Part shown: positions 11,559 through 24,020 of the stretch, piece after piece
Position numbering within the stretch: the first letter of the stretch is position 1
Layout of the letters: each line of letters begins with the position of its first letter
Assembly (NCBI RefSeq): GCF_009914755.1
Contig: NC_060943.1
Length of the DNA: 64,000 nucleotides
From: the human T2T-CHM13v2.0 reference genome, Homo sapiens
Reading direction: 5' to 3' (one strand)
Position numbers and translations under genes: made by a program
The notes under the pieces: model-generated
Told to the model about the DNA's origin: nothing
Seen by the model: the letters and a program-made list of their open reading frames with translations, nothing else
Databases searched by the model: none

Positions 11559-14500
11559 CAGAAACTGCTTTGTGATGTGTGCGTTCAACTCACAGAGTTC
11601 AACCTTTCTTTTCATAGAGCAGTTGGGAAACACTCTGTTTGTAAAGTCTGCAAGTGGATATTCAGACTTCTTTGAGGCCTTCGTTGGAAGCGGGATTTCT
11701 TCATATTCTGCTAGACAGAAGAATTCTCAGTAACTTCCTTGTGTTGTGTGTATTCAACTCACAGAGTTGAACGATCCTTTACACAGAGCAGACTTGAAAC
11801 ACTCTTTTTGTGGAATTTGCAAGTGGAGATTTCAGCCGCTTTGAGGTCAATGGTAGAATAGGAAATATCTTCCTATAGAAACTAGACAGAATGATTCTCA
11901 GAAACTCCTTTGCGATGTGTGCGTTCAACTCACAGAGTTCAACCTTTCTTTTCATAGAGCAGTTGGGAAACACTCTGTTTGTAAAGTCTGCAAGTGGATA
12001 TTCAGACTTCTTTGAGGCCTTCGTTGGAAGCGGGATTTCTTCATATTCTGCTAGACAGAAGAATTCTCAGTAACTGCCTTGTGTTGTGTGTATTCAACTC
12101 ACAGAGTTGAACGATCCTTTATAAAGAGCAGACTTGAAACACTCTTTTTGTGGAATTTGCAAGTGGAGATTTCAGCCGCTTTGAGGTCAATGGTAGAATA
12201 GGAAATATCTTCCTATAGAAACTAGACAGAATGATTCTCAGAAACTCCTTTGTGATGTGTGCGTTCAACTCACAGAGTTCAACCTTTCTTTTCATAGAGC
12301 AGTTGGGAAACACTCTGTTTGTAAAGTCTGCAAGTGGATATTCAGACTTCTTTGAGGCCTTCGTTGGAAGCGGGATTTCTTCATATTCTGCTAGACAGAA
12401 GAATTCTCAGTAACTGCCTTGTGTTGTGTGTATTCAACTCACAGAGTTGAACGATCCTTTACACAGAGCAGACTTGAAACACTCTTTTTGTGGAATTTGC
12501 AAGTGGAGATTTCAGCCGCTTTGAGGTCAATGGTAGAATAGGAAATATCTTCCTATAGAAACTAGACAGAATGATTCTCAGATACTCCTTTGTGATGTGT
12601 GCGTTCAACTCACAGAGTTTATCCTTTCTTTTCATAGAGCAGTTAGGAAACACTCTGTTTGTAAAGTCTGCAAGTGGATATTCAGACATCCTTGAGGCTT
12701 TCGTTGGAAACGGGATTTCTTCATATTCTGCTAGAAAGAAGAATTCTCAGTAACTTCCTTGTGTTGTGTGTATTCAACTCACAGAGTTGAACGATCCTTT
12801 ACACAGAGCAGACTTGAAACACTCTTTTTGTGGAATTTGCAAGTGGAGATTTCAGCCGCTTTGAGGTCAATGGTAGAATAGGAAATATCTTCCTATAGAA
12901 ACTAGACAGAATGATTCTCAGAAACTCCTTTGTGATGTGTGCGTTCAACTCACAGAGTTCAACCTTTCTTTTCATAGAGCAGTTGGGAAACACTCTGTTT
13001 GTAAAGTCTGCAAGTGGATATTCAGAACTCCTTGAGGCCTTCGTTGGAAGCGGGATTTCTTCATGTTCAGCTAGACAGAAGAATTCTCAGAAACTTCCTT
13101 GTGTTGTGTGTTTTCAACTCACAGAGTTGAACGATCCTTTACACAGAGCAGACTTGAAACACTCCTTTTGTGGAATTTGCAAGTGGAGATTTCAGCCGCT
13201 TTGAGGTCAATGGTAGAATAGGAAATATCTTCCTATAGAAACTAGACAGAATGATTCTCAGAAACTCCTTTGTGATGTGTGCGTTCAACTCACAGAGTTT
13301 AACATTTCTTTTCATAGAGCAGTTAGGAAACACTCTGTTTGTAAAGTCTGCAAGTGGATATTCAGACATCCTTGAGGCTTTCGTTGGAAACGGGATTTCT
13401 TCATATTCTGCTAGAAAGAAGAATTCTCAGTAACTTCCTTGTGTTGTGTGTATTCAACTCACAGAGTTGAACGATCCTTTACACAGAGCAGACTTGAAAC
13501 ACTCTTTTTGTGGAATTTGCAAGTGGAGATTTCAGCCGCTTTGAGTTCAATGGTAGAATAGGAAATATCTTCCTATAGAAACTAGACAGAATGATTCTCA
13601 GAAACTCCTTTGTGATGTGTGCGTTCAACTCACAGAGTTTAACCTTTCTTTTCATAGAGCAGTAGGGAAACACTCTGTTTGTAAAGTCTGCAAGTGGATA
13701 TTCAGACATCTTTGAGGCTTTCGTTGGAAACGGGATTTCTTCATATTCTGCTAGAAAGAAGAATTCTCAGTAACTTCCTTGTGTTGTGTGTATTCAACTC
13801 ACAGAGTTGAACGATCCTTTACACAGAGCAGACTTGAAACACTCTTTTTGTGGAATTTGCAAGTGGAGATTTCAGCCGCTTTGAGTTCAATGGTAGAATA
13901 GGAAATATCTTCCTATAGAAACTAGACAGAATGATTCTCAGAAACTCCTTTGTGATGTGTGCGTTCAACTCACAGAGTTCAACCTTTCTTTTAATAGAGC
14001 AGTTGGGAAACACTCTGTTTGTAAAGTCTGCAAGTGGATATTCAGACTTCTTTGAGGCCTTCGTTGGAAGCGGGATTTCTTCATATTCTGCTAGACAGAA
14101 GAATTCTCATAAACCTCCTTGTGTTGTGTGTATTCAACTCACAGAGTTGAACGACCCTTTACACAGAGCAGACTTGAAACACTCTTTTTGTGGAATTTGC
14201 AAGTGGAGATTTCAGCCGCTTTGAGGTCAATGGTAGAATAGGAAATATCTTCCTATAGAAACTAGACAGAATGATTCTCAGAAACTCCTTTGTGATGTGT
14301 GCGTTCAACTCACAGAGTTTAACCTTTCTTTTCATAGAGCAGTTAGGAAACACTCTGTTTGTAAAGTCTGCAAGTGGATATTCAGACATCCTTGAGGCTT
14401 TCGTTGGAAACGGGATTTCTTCATATTCTGCTAGAAAGAAGAATTCTCAGTAACTTCCTTGTGTTGTGTGTATTCAACTCACAGAGTTGAACGATCCTTT

Positions 14501-17500
14501 ACACAGAGCAGACTTGAAACACTCTTTTTGTGGAATTTGGAAGTGGAGATTTCAGCCGCTTTGAGTTCAATGGTAGAATAGGAAATATCTTCCTATAGAA
14601 ACTAGACAGAATGATTCTCAGAAACTCCTTTGTGATGTGTGCGTTCAACTCACAGAGTTTAACCTTTCTTTTCATAGAGCAGTTGGGAAACACTCTGTTT
14701 GTAAAGTCTGCATGTGGATATTCAGACATCCTTGAGGCTTTCGTTGGAAACGGGATTTCTTCATATTCTGCTAGAAAGAAGAATTCTCAGTAACTTCCTT
14801 GTGTTGTGTGTTTTCAACTCACAGAGTTGAACGATCCTTTACACAGAGCAGACTTGAAACACTCCTTTTGTGGAATTTGCAAGTGGAGATTTCAGCCGCT
14901 TTGAGGTCAATGGTAGAATAGGAAATATCTTCCTATAGAAAGTAGACAGAATGATTCTCAGAAACTCCTTTGTGATGTGTGCGTTCAACTCACAGAGTTT
15001 AACCTTTCTTTTCATAGAGCTGTTAGGAAACACTCTGTTTGTAAAGTCTGCAAGTGGATATTCAGACCTCCTTGAGGCCTTCGTTGGAAACGGGATTTCT
15101 TCATATTATGCTAGACAGAAGAATTCTCAGTAACTTCCTTGTGTTGTGTGTATTCAACTCACAGAGTTGAACGATCCTTTACACAGAGCAGACTTGAAAC
15201 ACTCTTTTTGTGGAATTTGCAAGTGGAGATTTCAGCCGCTTTGAGTTCAATGGTAGTATAGGAAATATCTTCCTATAGAAACTAGACAGAATGATTCTCA
15301 GAAACTCCTTTGTGATGTGTGCGTTCAACTCACAGAGTTCAACCTTTCTTTTAATAGAGCAGTTGGGAAACACTCTGTTTGTAAAGTCTGCAAGTGGATA
15401 TTCAGACTTCTTTGAGGCCTTCGTTGGAAGCGGGATTTCTTCATATTCTGCTAGACAGAAGAATTCTCAGTAACTTCCTTGTGTTGTGTGTATTCAACTC
15501 ACAGAGTTGAACGATCCTTTACACAGAGCAGACTTGAAACACTCTTTTTGTGGAATTTGCAAGTGGAGATTTCAGCCGCTTTGAGGTCAATGGTAGAATA
15601 GGAAATATCTTCCTATAGAAACTAGACAGAATGATTCTCAGAAACTCCTTTGTGATGTGTGCGTTCAACTCACAGAGTTTAACCTTTCTTTTCATAGAGC
15701 AGTTAGGAAACACTCTGTTTGTAAAGTCTGCAAGTGGATATTCAGACATCCTTGAGGCTTTCGTTGGAAACGGGATTTCTTCATATTCTGCTAGAAAGAA
15801 GAATTCTCAGTAACTTCCTTGTGTTGTGTGTATTCAACTCACAGAGTTGAACGATCCTTTACACAGAGCAGACTTGAAACACTCTTTTTGTGGAATTTGC
15901 AAGTGGAGATTTCAGCCGCTTTGAGGTCAATGGTAGAATAGGAAATATCTTCCTATAGAAACTAGACAGAATGATTCTCAGAAACTCCTTTGTGATGTGT
16001 GCGTTCAACTCACAGAGTTTAACCTTTCTTTTCATAGAGCAGTTGGGAAACACTCTGTTTGTAAAGTCTGCAAGTGGATATTCAGACATCCTTGAGGCTT
16101 TCGTTGGAAACGGGATTTCTTCATATTCTGCTAGAAAGAAGAATTCTCAGTAACTTCCTTGTGTTGTGTGTATTCAACTCACAGAGTTGAACGATCCTTT
16201 ACACAGAGCAGACTTGAAACACTCTTTTTGCGGAATTTGCAAGTGGAGATTTCAGCCGCTTTGAGGTCAATGGTAGAATAGGAAATATCTTCCTATAGAA
16301 ACTAGACAGAATGATTCTCAGAAACTCCTTTGTGATGTGTGCGTTCAACTCACACAGTTTAACCTTTCTTTTCATAGAGCAGTTGGGAAACACTCTGTTT
16401 GTAAAGTCTGCAAGTGGATATTCAGACCTCCTTGAGGCCTTCGTTGGAAACGGGATTTCTTCATATTATGCTAGACAGAAGAATTCTCAGTAACTTCCTT
16501 GTGTTGTGTGTATTCAACTCACAGAGTTGAACGATCCTTTACACAGAGCAGACTTGAAACACTCTTTTTGTGGAATTTGCAAGTGGAGATTTCAGCCGCT
16601 TTGAAGTCAATGGTAGAATAGGAAATATCTTCCTATAGAAACTAGACAGAATGATTCTCAGAAACTCCTTTGTGATGTGTGCGTTCAACTCACACAGTTT
16701 AACCTTTCTTTTCATAGAGCAGTTAGGAAACACTCTGTTTGTAAAGTCTGCAAGTGGATATTCAGACCTCCTTGAGGCCTTCGTTGGAAACGGGATTTCT
16801 TCATATTATGCTAGACAGAAGAATTCTCAGTAACTTCCTTGTGTTGTGTGTATTCAACTCACAGAGTTGAACGATCCTTTACACACAGCAGACTTGAAAC
16901 ACTCTTTTTGTGGAATTTGCAAGTGGAGATTTCAGCCGCTTTGAGTTCAATGGTAGAATAGGAAATATCTTCCTATAGAAACTAGACAGAATGATTCTCA
17001 GAAACTCCTTTGTGATGTGTGCGTTCAACTCACAGAGTTCAACCTTTCTTTTCATAGAGCAGTTGGGAAACACTCTGTTTCTAAAGTCTGCAAGTGGATA
17101 TTCAGACTTCTTTGAGGCCTTCGTTGGAAGCGGGATTTCTTCATGTTCTGCTAGACAGAAGAATTCTCAGAAACTTCCTTGTGTTGTGTGTTTTCAACTC
17201 ACAGAGTTGAACGATCCTTTACACAGAGCAGACTTGAAACACTCCTTTTGTGGAATTTGGAAGTGGAGATTTCAGCCGCTTTGAGGTCAATGGTAGAATA
17301 GGAAATATCTTCCTACAGAAAGTAGACAGAATGATTCTCAGAAACTCCTTTGTGATGTGTGCGTTCAACTCACAGAGTTTAACCTTTCTTTTCATAGAGC
17401 AGTTAGGAAACACTCTGTTTGTAAAGTCTGCAAGTGGATATTCAGACCTCCTTGAGGCCTTCGTTGGAAACGGGATTTCTTCATATTATGCTAGACAGAA

Positions 17501-19498
17501 GAATTCTCAGTAACTTTCTTGTGTTGTGTGTATTCAACTCACAGAGTTGAACGATCCTTTACACAGAGCAGACTTGAAACACTCTTTTTGTGGAATTTGC
17601 AAGTGGAGATTTCAGCCGCTTTGAGGTCAATGGTAGAATAGGAAATATCTTCCTATAGAAACTAGACAGAATGATTCTCAGAAACTCCTTTGTGATGTGT
17701 GCGTTCAACTCACAGAGTTCAACCTTTCTTTTCATAGAGTAGTTGGAAAACACTCTGTTTGTAAAGTCTGCAAGTGGATATTCAGACTTCTTTGAGGCCT
17801 TCGTTGGAAGCGGGATTTCTTCATATTCTGCTAGACAGAAGAATTCTCAGTAACTGCCTTGTGTTGTGTGTATTCAACTCACAGAGTTGAACGATCCTTT
17901 ACACAGAGCAGACTTGAAACACTCTTTTTGTGGAATTTGCAAGTGGAGATTTCAGCCGCTTTGAGGTCAATGGTAGAATACGAAATATCTTCCTATAGAA
18001 ACTAGACAGAATGATTCTCAGAAACTCCTTTGTGATGTGTGCGTTCAACTCACAGAGTTTACCCTTTCTTTTCATAGAGCAGTTAGGAAACACTCTGTTT
18101 GTAAAGTCTGCAAGTGGATATTCAGACATCCTTGAGGCTTTCGTTGGAAACGGGATTTCTTCATATTCTGCTACAAAGAAGAATTCTCAGTAACTGCCTT
18201 GTGTTGTGTGTATTCAACTCACAGAGTTGAACGATCCTTTACACAGAGCAGACTTGAAACACTCTTTTTGTGGAATTTGCAAGTGGAGATTTCAGCCGCT
18301 TTGAGGTCAATGGTAGAATAGGAAATATCTTCCTATAGAAACTAGACAGAATGATTCTCAGAAACTCCTTTGTGATGTGCGCGTTCAACTCACAGAGTTT
18401 AACCTTTCTTTTCATAGAGCAGTTAGGAAACACTCTGTTTGTAAAGTCTGCAAGTGGATATTCAGACATCCTTGAGGCTTTCGTTGGAAACGGGATTTCT
18501 TCATATTCTGCTAGAAAGAAGAATTCTCAGTAACTTCCTTGTGTTGTGTGTATTCAACTCACAGAGTTGAACGATCCTTTACACAGAGCAGACTTGAAAC
18601 ACTCTTTTTGTGGAATTTGCAAGTGGAGATTTCAGCCGCTTTGAGTTCAATGGTAGAATAGGAAATATCTTCCTATAGAAACTAGACAGAATCATTCTCA
18701 GAAACTCCTTTGTGATGTGTGCGGTCAACTCACAGAGTTCAACCTTTCTTTTCATAGAGCAGTTGGGAAACACTCTGTTTGTAAAGTCTGCAAGTGGATA
18801 TTCAGACTTCTTTGAGGCCTTCGTTGGAAGCGGGATTTCTTCATGTTCTGCTAGACAGAAGAATTCTCAGTAACTGCCTTGTGTTGTGTGTATTCAACTC
18901 ACAGAGTTGAACGATCCTTTACACAGAGCAGACTTGAAACACTCCTTTTGTGGAATTTGCAAGTGGAGATTTCAGCCGCTTTGAGGTCAATGGTAGAATA
19001 GGAAATATCTTCCTATAGAAACTAGACAGAATGATTCTCAGAAACTCCTTTGTGATGTGTGCGTTCAACTCACAGAGTTTAACCTTTCTTTTCATAGCGC
19101 AGTTGGGAAACACTCTGTTTGTAAAGTCTGCAAGTGGATATTCAGACATCCTTGAGGCTTTCGTTGGAAACGGGATTTCTTCATATTCTGCTAGAAAGAA
19201 GAATTCTCAGTAACTTCCTTGTGTTGTGTGTATTCAACTCACAGAGTTGAACGATCCTTTACACAGAGCAGACTTGAAACACTCTTTTTGTGGAATTTGC
19301 AAGTGGAGATTTCAGCCGCTTTGAGGTCAATGGTAGAATAGGAAATATCTTCCTATAGAAACTAGACAGAATGATTCTCAGAAACTCCTTTGTGATGTGT
19401 GCGTTCAACTCACAGAGTTTAACCTTTCTTTTCATAGAGCAGTTGGGAAACACTCTGTTTGTAAAGTCTGCAAGTGGATATTCAGACATCCTTGAGGC

Positions 19499-19515
19499 TT
19501 TCCTTGGAAACGGGA
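19499..19515 (+). promoter_or_regulatory. Disrupted CENP-B box (TTCG>TTCC)
   Basis: TTTCCTTGGAAACGGGA; G>C at 19503. Confidence 0.85.
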
Positions 19516-21299
19516 TTTCTACATATTCTGCTAGAAAGAAGAATTCTCAGTAACTTCCTTGTGTTGTGTGTATTCAACTCACAGAGTTGAACGATCCTTT
19601 ACACAGAGCAGACTTGAAACACTCTTCTTGCGGAATTTGCAAGTGGAGATTTCAGCCGCTTTGAGGTCAATGGTAGAATAGGAAATATCTTCCTATAGAA
19701 ACTAGACAGAATGATTCTCAGAAACTCCTTTGTGATGTGTGCGTTCAACTCACACAGTTTAACCTTTCTTTTCATAGAGCAGTTGGGAAACACTCTGTTT
19801 GTAAAGTCTGCAAGTGGATATTCAGACTTCTTTGAGGCCTTCGTTGGAAGCGGGATTTCTTCATATTCTGCTAGACAGAAGAATTCTCATAAACCTCCTT
19901 GTGTTGTGTGTATTCAACTCACAGAGTTGAACGACCCTTTACACAGAGTAGACTTGAAACCCTCTTTTTGTGGAATTTGCAAGTGGAGATTTCAGCCGCT
20001 TTGAGGTCAATGGTAGAATAGGAAATATCTTCCTATAGAAACTAGACAGAATGATTCTCAGAAACTCCTTTGTGATGTGTGCGTTCAACTCACAGAGTTT
20101 AACCTTTCTTTTCATAGAGCCGTTAGGAAACACTCTGTTTGTAAAGTCTGCAAGTGGATATTCAGACATCCTTGAGGCTTTCGTTGGAAACGGGATTTCT
20201 TCATATTCTGCTAGAAAGAAGAATTCTCAGTAACTTCCTTGTGTTGTGTGTATTCAACTCACAGAGTTGAACGATCCTTTACACAGAGGAGACTTGAAAC
20301 ACTCTTTTTGTGGAATTTGGAAGTGGAGATTTCAGCCGCTTTGAGTTCAATGGTAGAATAGGAAATATCTTCCTATAGAAACTAGACAGAATGATTCTCA
20401 GAAACTCCTTTGTGATGTGTGCGTTCAACTCACAGAGTTTAACCTTTCTTTTCATAGAGCAGTTGGGAAACACTCTGTTTGTAAAGTCTGCATGTGGATA
20501 TTCAGACATCCTTGAGGCTTTCGTTGGAAACGGGATTTCTTCATATTCTGCTAGAAAGAAGAATTCTCAGTAACTTCCTTGTGTTGTGTGTATTCAACTC
20601 ACAGAGTTGAACGATCCTTTACACAGAGCAGACTTGAAACACTCCTTTTGTGGAATTTGCAAGTGGAGATTTCAGCCGCTTTGAGGTCAATGGTAGAATA
20701 GGAAATATCTTCCTATAGAAAGTAGACAGAATGATTCTCAGAAACTCCTTTGTGATGTGTGCGTTCAACTCACAGAGTTTAACCTTTCTTTTCATAGAGC
20801 AGTTAGGAAACACTCTGTTTGTAAAGTCTGCAAGTGGATATTCAGACCTCCTTGAGGCCTTCGTTGGAAACGGGATTTCTTCATATTATGCTAGACAGAA
20901 GAATTCTCAGTAACTTCCTTGTGTTGTGTGTATTCAACTCACAGAGTTGAACGATCCTTTACACAGAGCAGACTTGAAACACTCTTTTTGTGGAATTTGC
21001 AAGTGGAGATTTCAGCCGCTTTGAGTTCAATGGTAGTATAGGAAATATCTTCCTATAGAAACTAGACAGAATGATTCTCAGAAACTCCTTTGTGATGTGT
21101 GCGTTCAACTCACAGAGTTCAACCTTTCTTTTAATAGAGCAGTTGGGAAACACTCTGTTTGTAAAGTCTGCAAGTGGATATTCAGACTTCTTTGAGGCCT
21201 TCGTTGGAAGCGGGATTTCTTCATATTCTGCTAGACAGAAGAATTCTCAGTAACTTCCTTGTGTTGTGTGTATTCAACTCACAGAGTTGAACGATCCTT

Positions 21300-24020
21300 T
21301 ACACAGAGCAGACTTGAAACACTCTTTTTGTGGAATTTGCAAGTGGAGATTTCAGCCGCTTTGAGGTCAATGGTAGAATAGGAAATATCTTCCTATAGAA
21401 ACTAGACAGAATGATTCTCAGAAACTCCTTTGTGATGTGTGCGTTCAACTCACAGAGTTTAACCTTTCTTTTCATAGAGCAGTTAGGAAACACTCTGTTT
21501 GTAAAGTCTGCAAGTGGATATTCAGACATCCTTGAGGCTTTCGTTGGAAACGGGATTTCTTCATATTCTGCTAGAAAGAAGAATTCTCAGTAACTTCCTT
21601 GTGTTGTGTGTATTCAACTCACAGAGTTGAACGATCCTTTACACAGAGCAGACTTGAAACACTCTTTTTGTGGAATTTGCAAGTGGAGATTTCAGCCGCT
21701 TTGAGGTCAATGGTAGAATAGGAAATATCTTCCTATAGAAACTAGACAGAATGATTCTCAGAAACTCCTTTGTGATGTGTGCGTTCAACTCACAGAGTTT
21801 AACCTTTCTTTTCATAGCGCAGTTGGGAAACACTCTGTTTGTAAAGTCTGCAAGTGGATATTCAGACATCCTTGAGGCTTTCGTTGGAAACGGGATTTCT
21901 TCATATTCTGCTAGAAAGAAGAATTCTCAGTAACTTCCTTGTGTTGTGTGTATTCAACTCACAGAGTTGAACGATCCTTTACACAGAGCAGACTTGAAAC
22001 ACTCTTTTTGTGGAATTTGCAAGTGGAGATTTCAGCCGCTTTGAGGTCAATGGTAGAATAGGAAATATCTTCCTATAGAAACTAGACAGAATGATTCTCA
22101 GAAACTCCTTTGTGATGTGTGCGTTCAACTCACAGAGTTTAACCTTTCTTTTCATAGAGCAGTTGGGAAACACTCTGTTTGTAAAGTCTGCAAGTGGATA
22201 TTCAGACATCCTTGAGGCTTTCGTTGGAAACGGGATTTCTTCATATTCTGCTAGAAAGAAGAATTCTCAGTAACTTCCTTGTGTTGTGTGTATTCAACTC
22301 ACAGAGTTGAACGATCCTTTACACAGAGCAGACTTGAAACACTCTTTTTGTGGAATTTGGAAGTGGAGATTTCAGCCGCTTTGAGGTCAATGGTAGAATA
22401 GGAAATATCTTCCTATAGAAACTAGACAGAATGATTCTCAGAAACTCCTTTGTGATGTGTGCGTTCAACTCACAGAGTTTAACCTTTCTTTTCATAGAGC
22501 AGTTGGGAAACACTCTGTTTGTAAAGTCTGCATGTGGATATTCAGACATCCTTGAGGCTTTCGTTGGAAACGGGATTTCTTCATATTCTGCTAGAAAGAA
22601 GAATTCTCAGTAACTTCCTTGTGTTGTGTGTATTCAACTCACAGAGTTGAACGATCCTTTACACAGAGCAGACTTGAAACACTCTTTTTGTGGAATTTGC
22701 AAGGGGAGATTTCAGCCGCTTTGAGGTCAATGGTAGAATAGGAAATATCTTCCTATAGAAACTAGACAGAATGATTCTCAGAAACTCCTTTGTGATGTGT
22801 GCGTTCAACTCACAGAGTTTAACCTTTCTTTTCATAGAGCAGTTAGGAAACACTCTGTTTGTAAAGTCTGCAAGTGGATATTCAGACATCCTTGAGGCTT
22901 TCGTTGGAAACGGGATTTCTTCATATTCTGCTAGAAAGAAGAATTCTCAGTAACTTCCTTGTGTTGTGTGTATTCAACTCACAGAGTTGAACGATCCTTT
23001 ACACAGAGCAGACTTGAAACACTCTTTTTGTGGAATTTGCAAGTGGAGATTTCAGCCGCTTTGAGGTCAATGGTAGAATAGGAAATATCTTCCTATAGAA
23101 ACTAGACAGAATGATTCTCAGAAACTCCTTTGTGATGTGTGCGTTCAACTCACAGAGTTTAACCTTTCTTTTCATAGCGCAGTTGGGAAACACTCTGTTT
23201 GTAAAGTCTGCAAGTGGATATTCAGACATCCTTGAGGCTTTCGTTGGAAACGGGATTTCTTCATATTCTGCTAGAAAGAAGAATTCTCAGTAACTTCCTT
23301 GTGTTGTGTGTATTCAACTCACAGAGTTGAACGATCCTTTACACAGAGCAGACTTGAAACACTCTTTTTGTGGAATTTGCAAGTGGAGATTTCAGCCGCT
23401 TTGAGGTCAATGGTAGAATAGGAAATATCTTCCTATAGAAACAAGACAGAATGATTCTCAGAAACTCCTTTGTGATGTGTGCGTTCAACTCACAGAGTTT
23501 AACCTTTCTTTTCATAGAGCAGTTGGGAAACACTCTGTTTGTAAAGTCTGCAAGTGGATATTCAGACATCCTTGAGGCTTTCGTTGGAAACGGGATTTCT
23601 TCATATTCTGCTAGAAAGAAGAATTCTCAGTAACTTCCTTGTGTTGTGTGTATTCAACTCACAGAGTTGAACGATCCTTTACACAGAGCAGACTTGAAAC
23701 ACTCTTTTTGTGGAATTTGGAAGTGGAGATTTCAGCCGCTTTGAGGTCAATGGTAGAATAGGAAATATCTTCCTATAGAAACTAGACAGAATGATTCTCA
23801 GAAACTCCTTTGTGATGTGTGCGTTCAACTCACAGAGTTTAACCTTTCTTTTCATAGAGCAGTTGGGAAACACTCTGTTTGTAAAGTCTGCATGTGGATA
23901 TTCAGACATCCTTGAGGCTTTCGTTGGAAACGGGATTTCTTCATATTCTGCTAGAAAGAAGAATTCTCAGTAACTTCCTTGTGTTGTGTGTATTCAACTC
24001 ACAGAGTTGAACGATCCTTT
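21300..24020 (+). repeat. Tandem duplication, unit 1360 bp (4 dimers); boundaries approximate
   Basis: Shared rare variants at 21818/23178 (ATAGCGC), 22360/23720 (AATTTGG) and 22533/23893 (GCATGTG). Confidence 0.75.
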
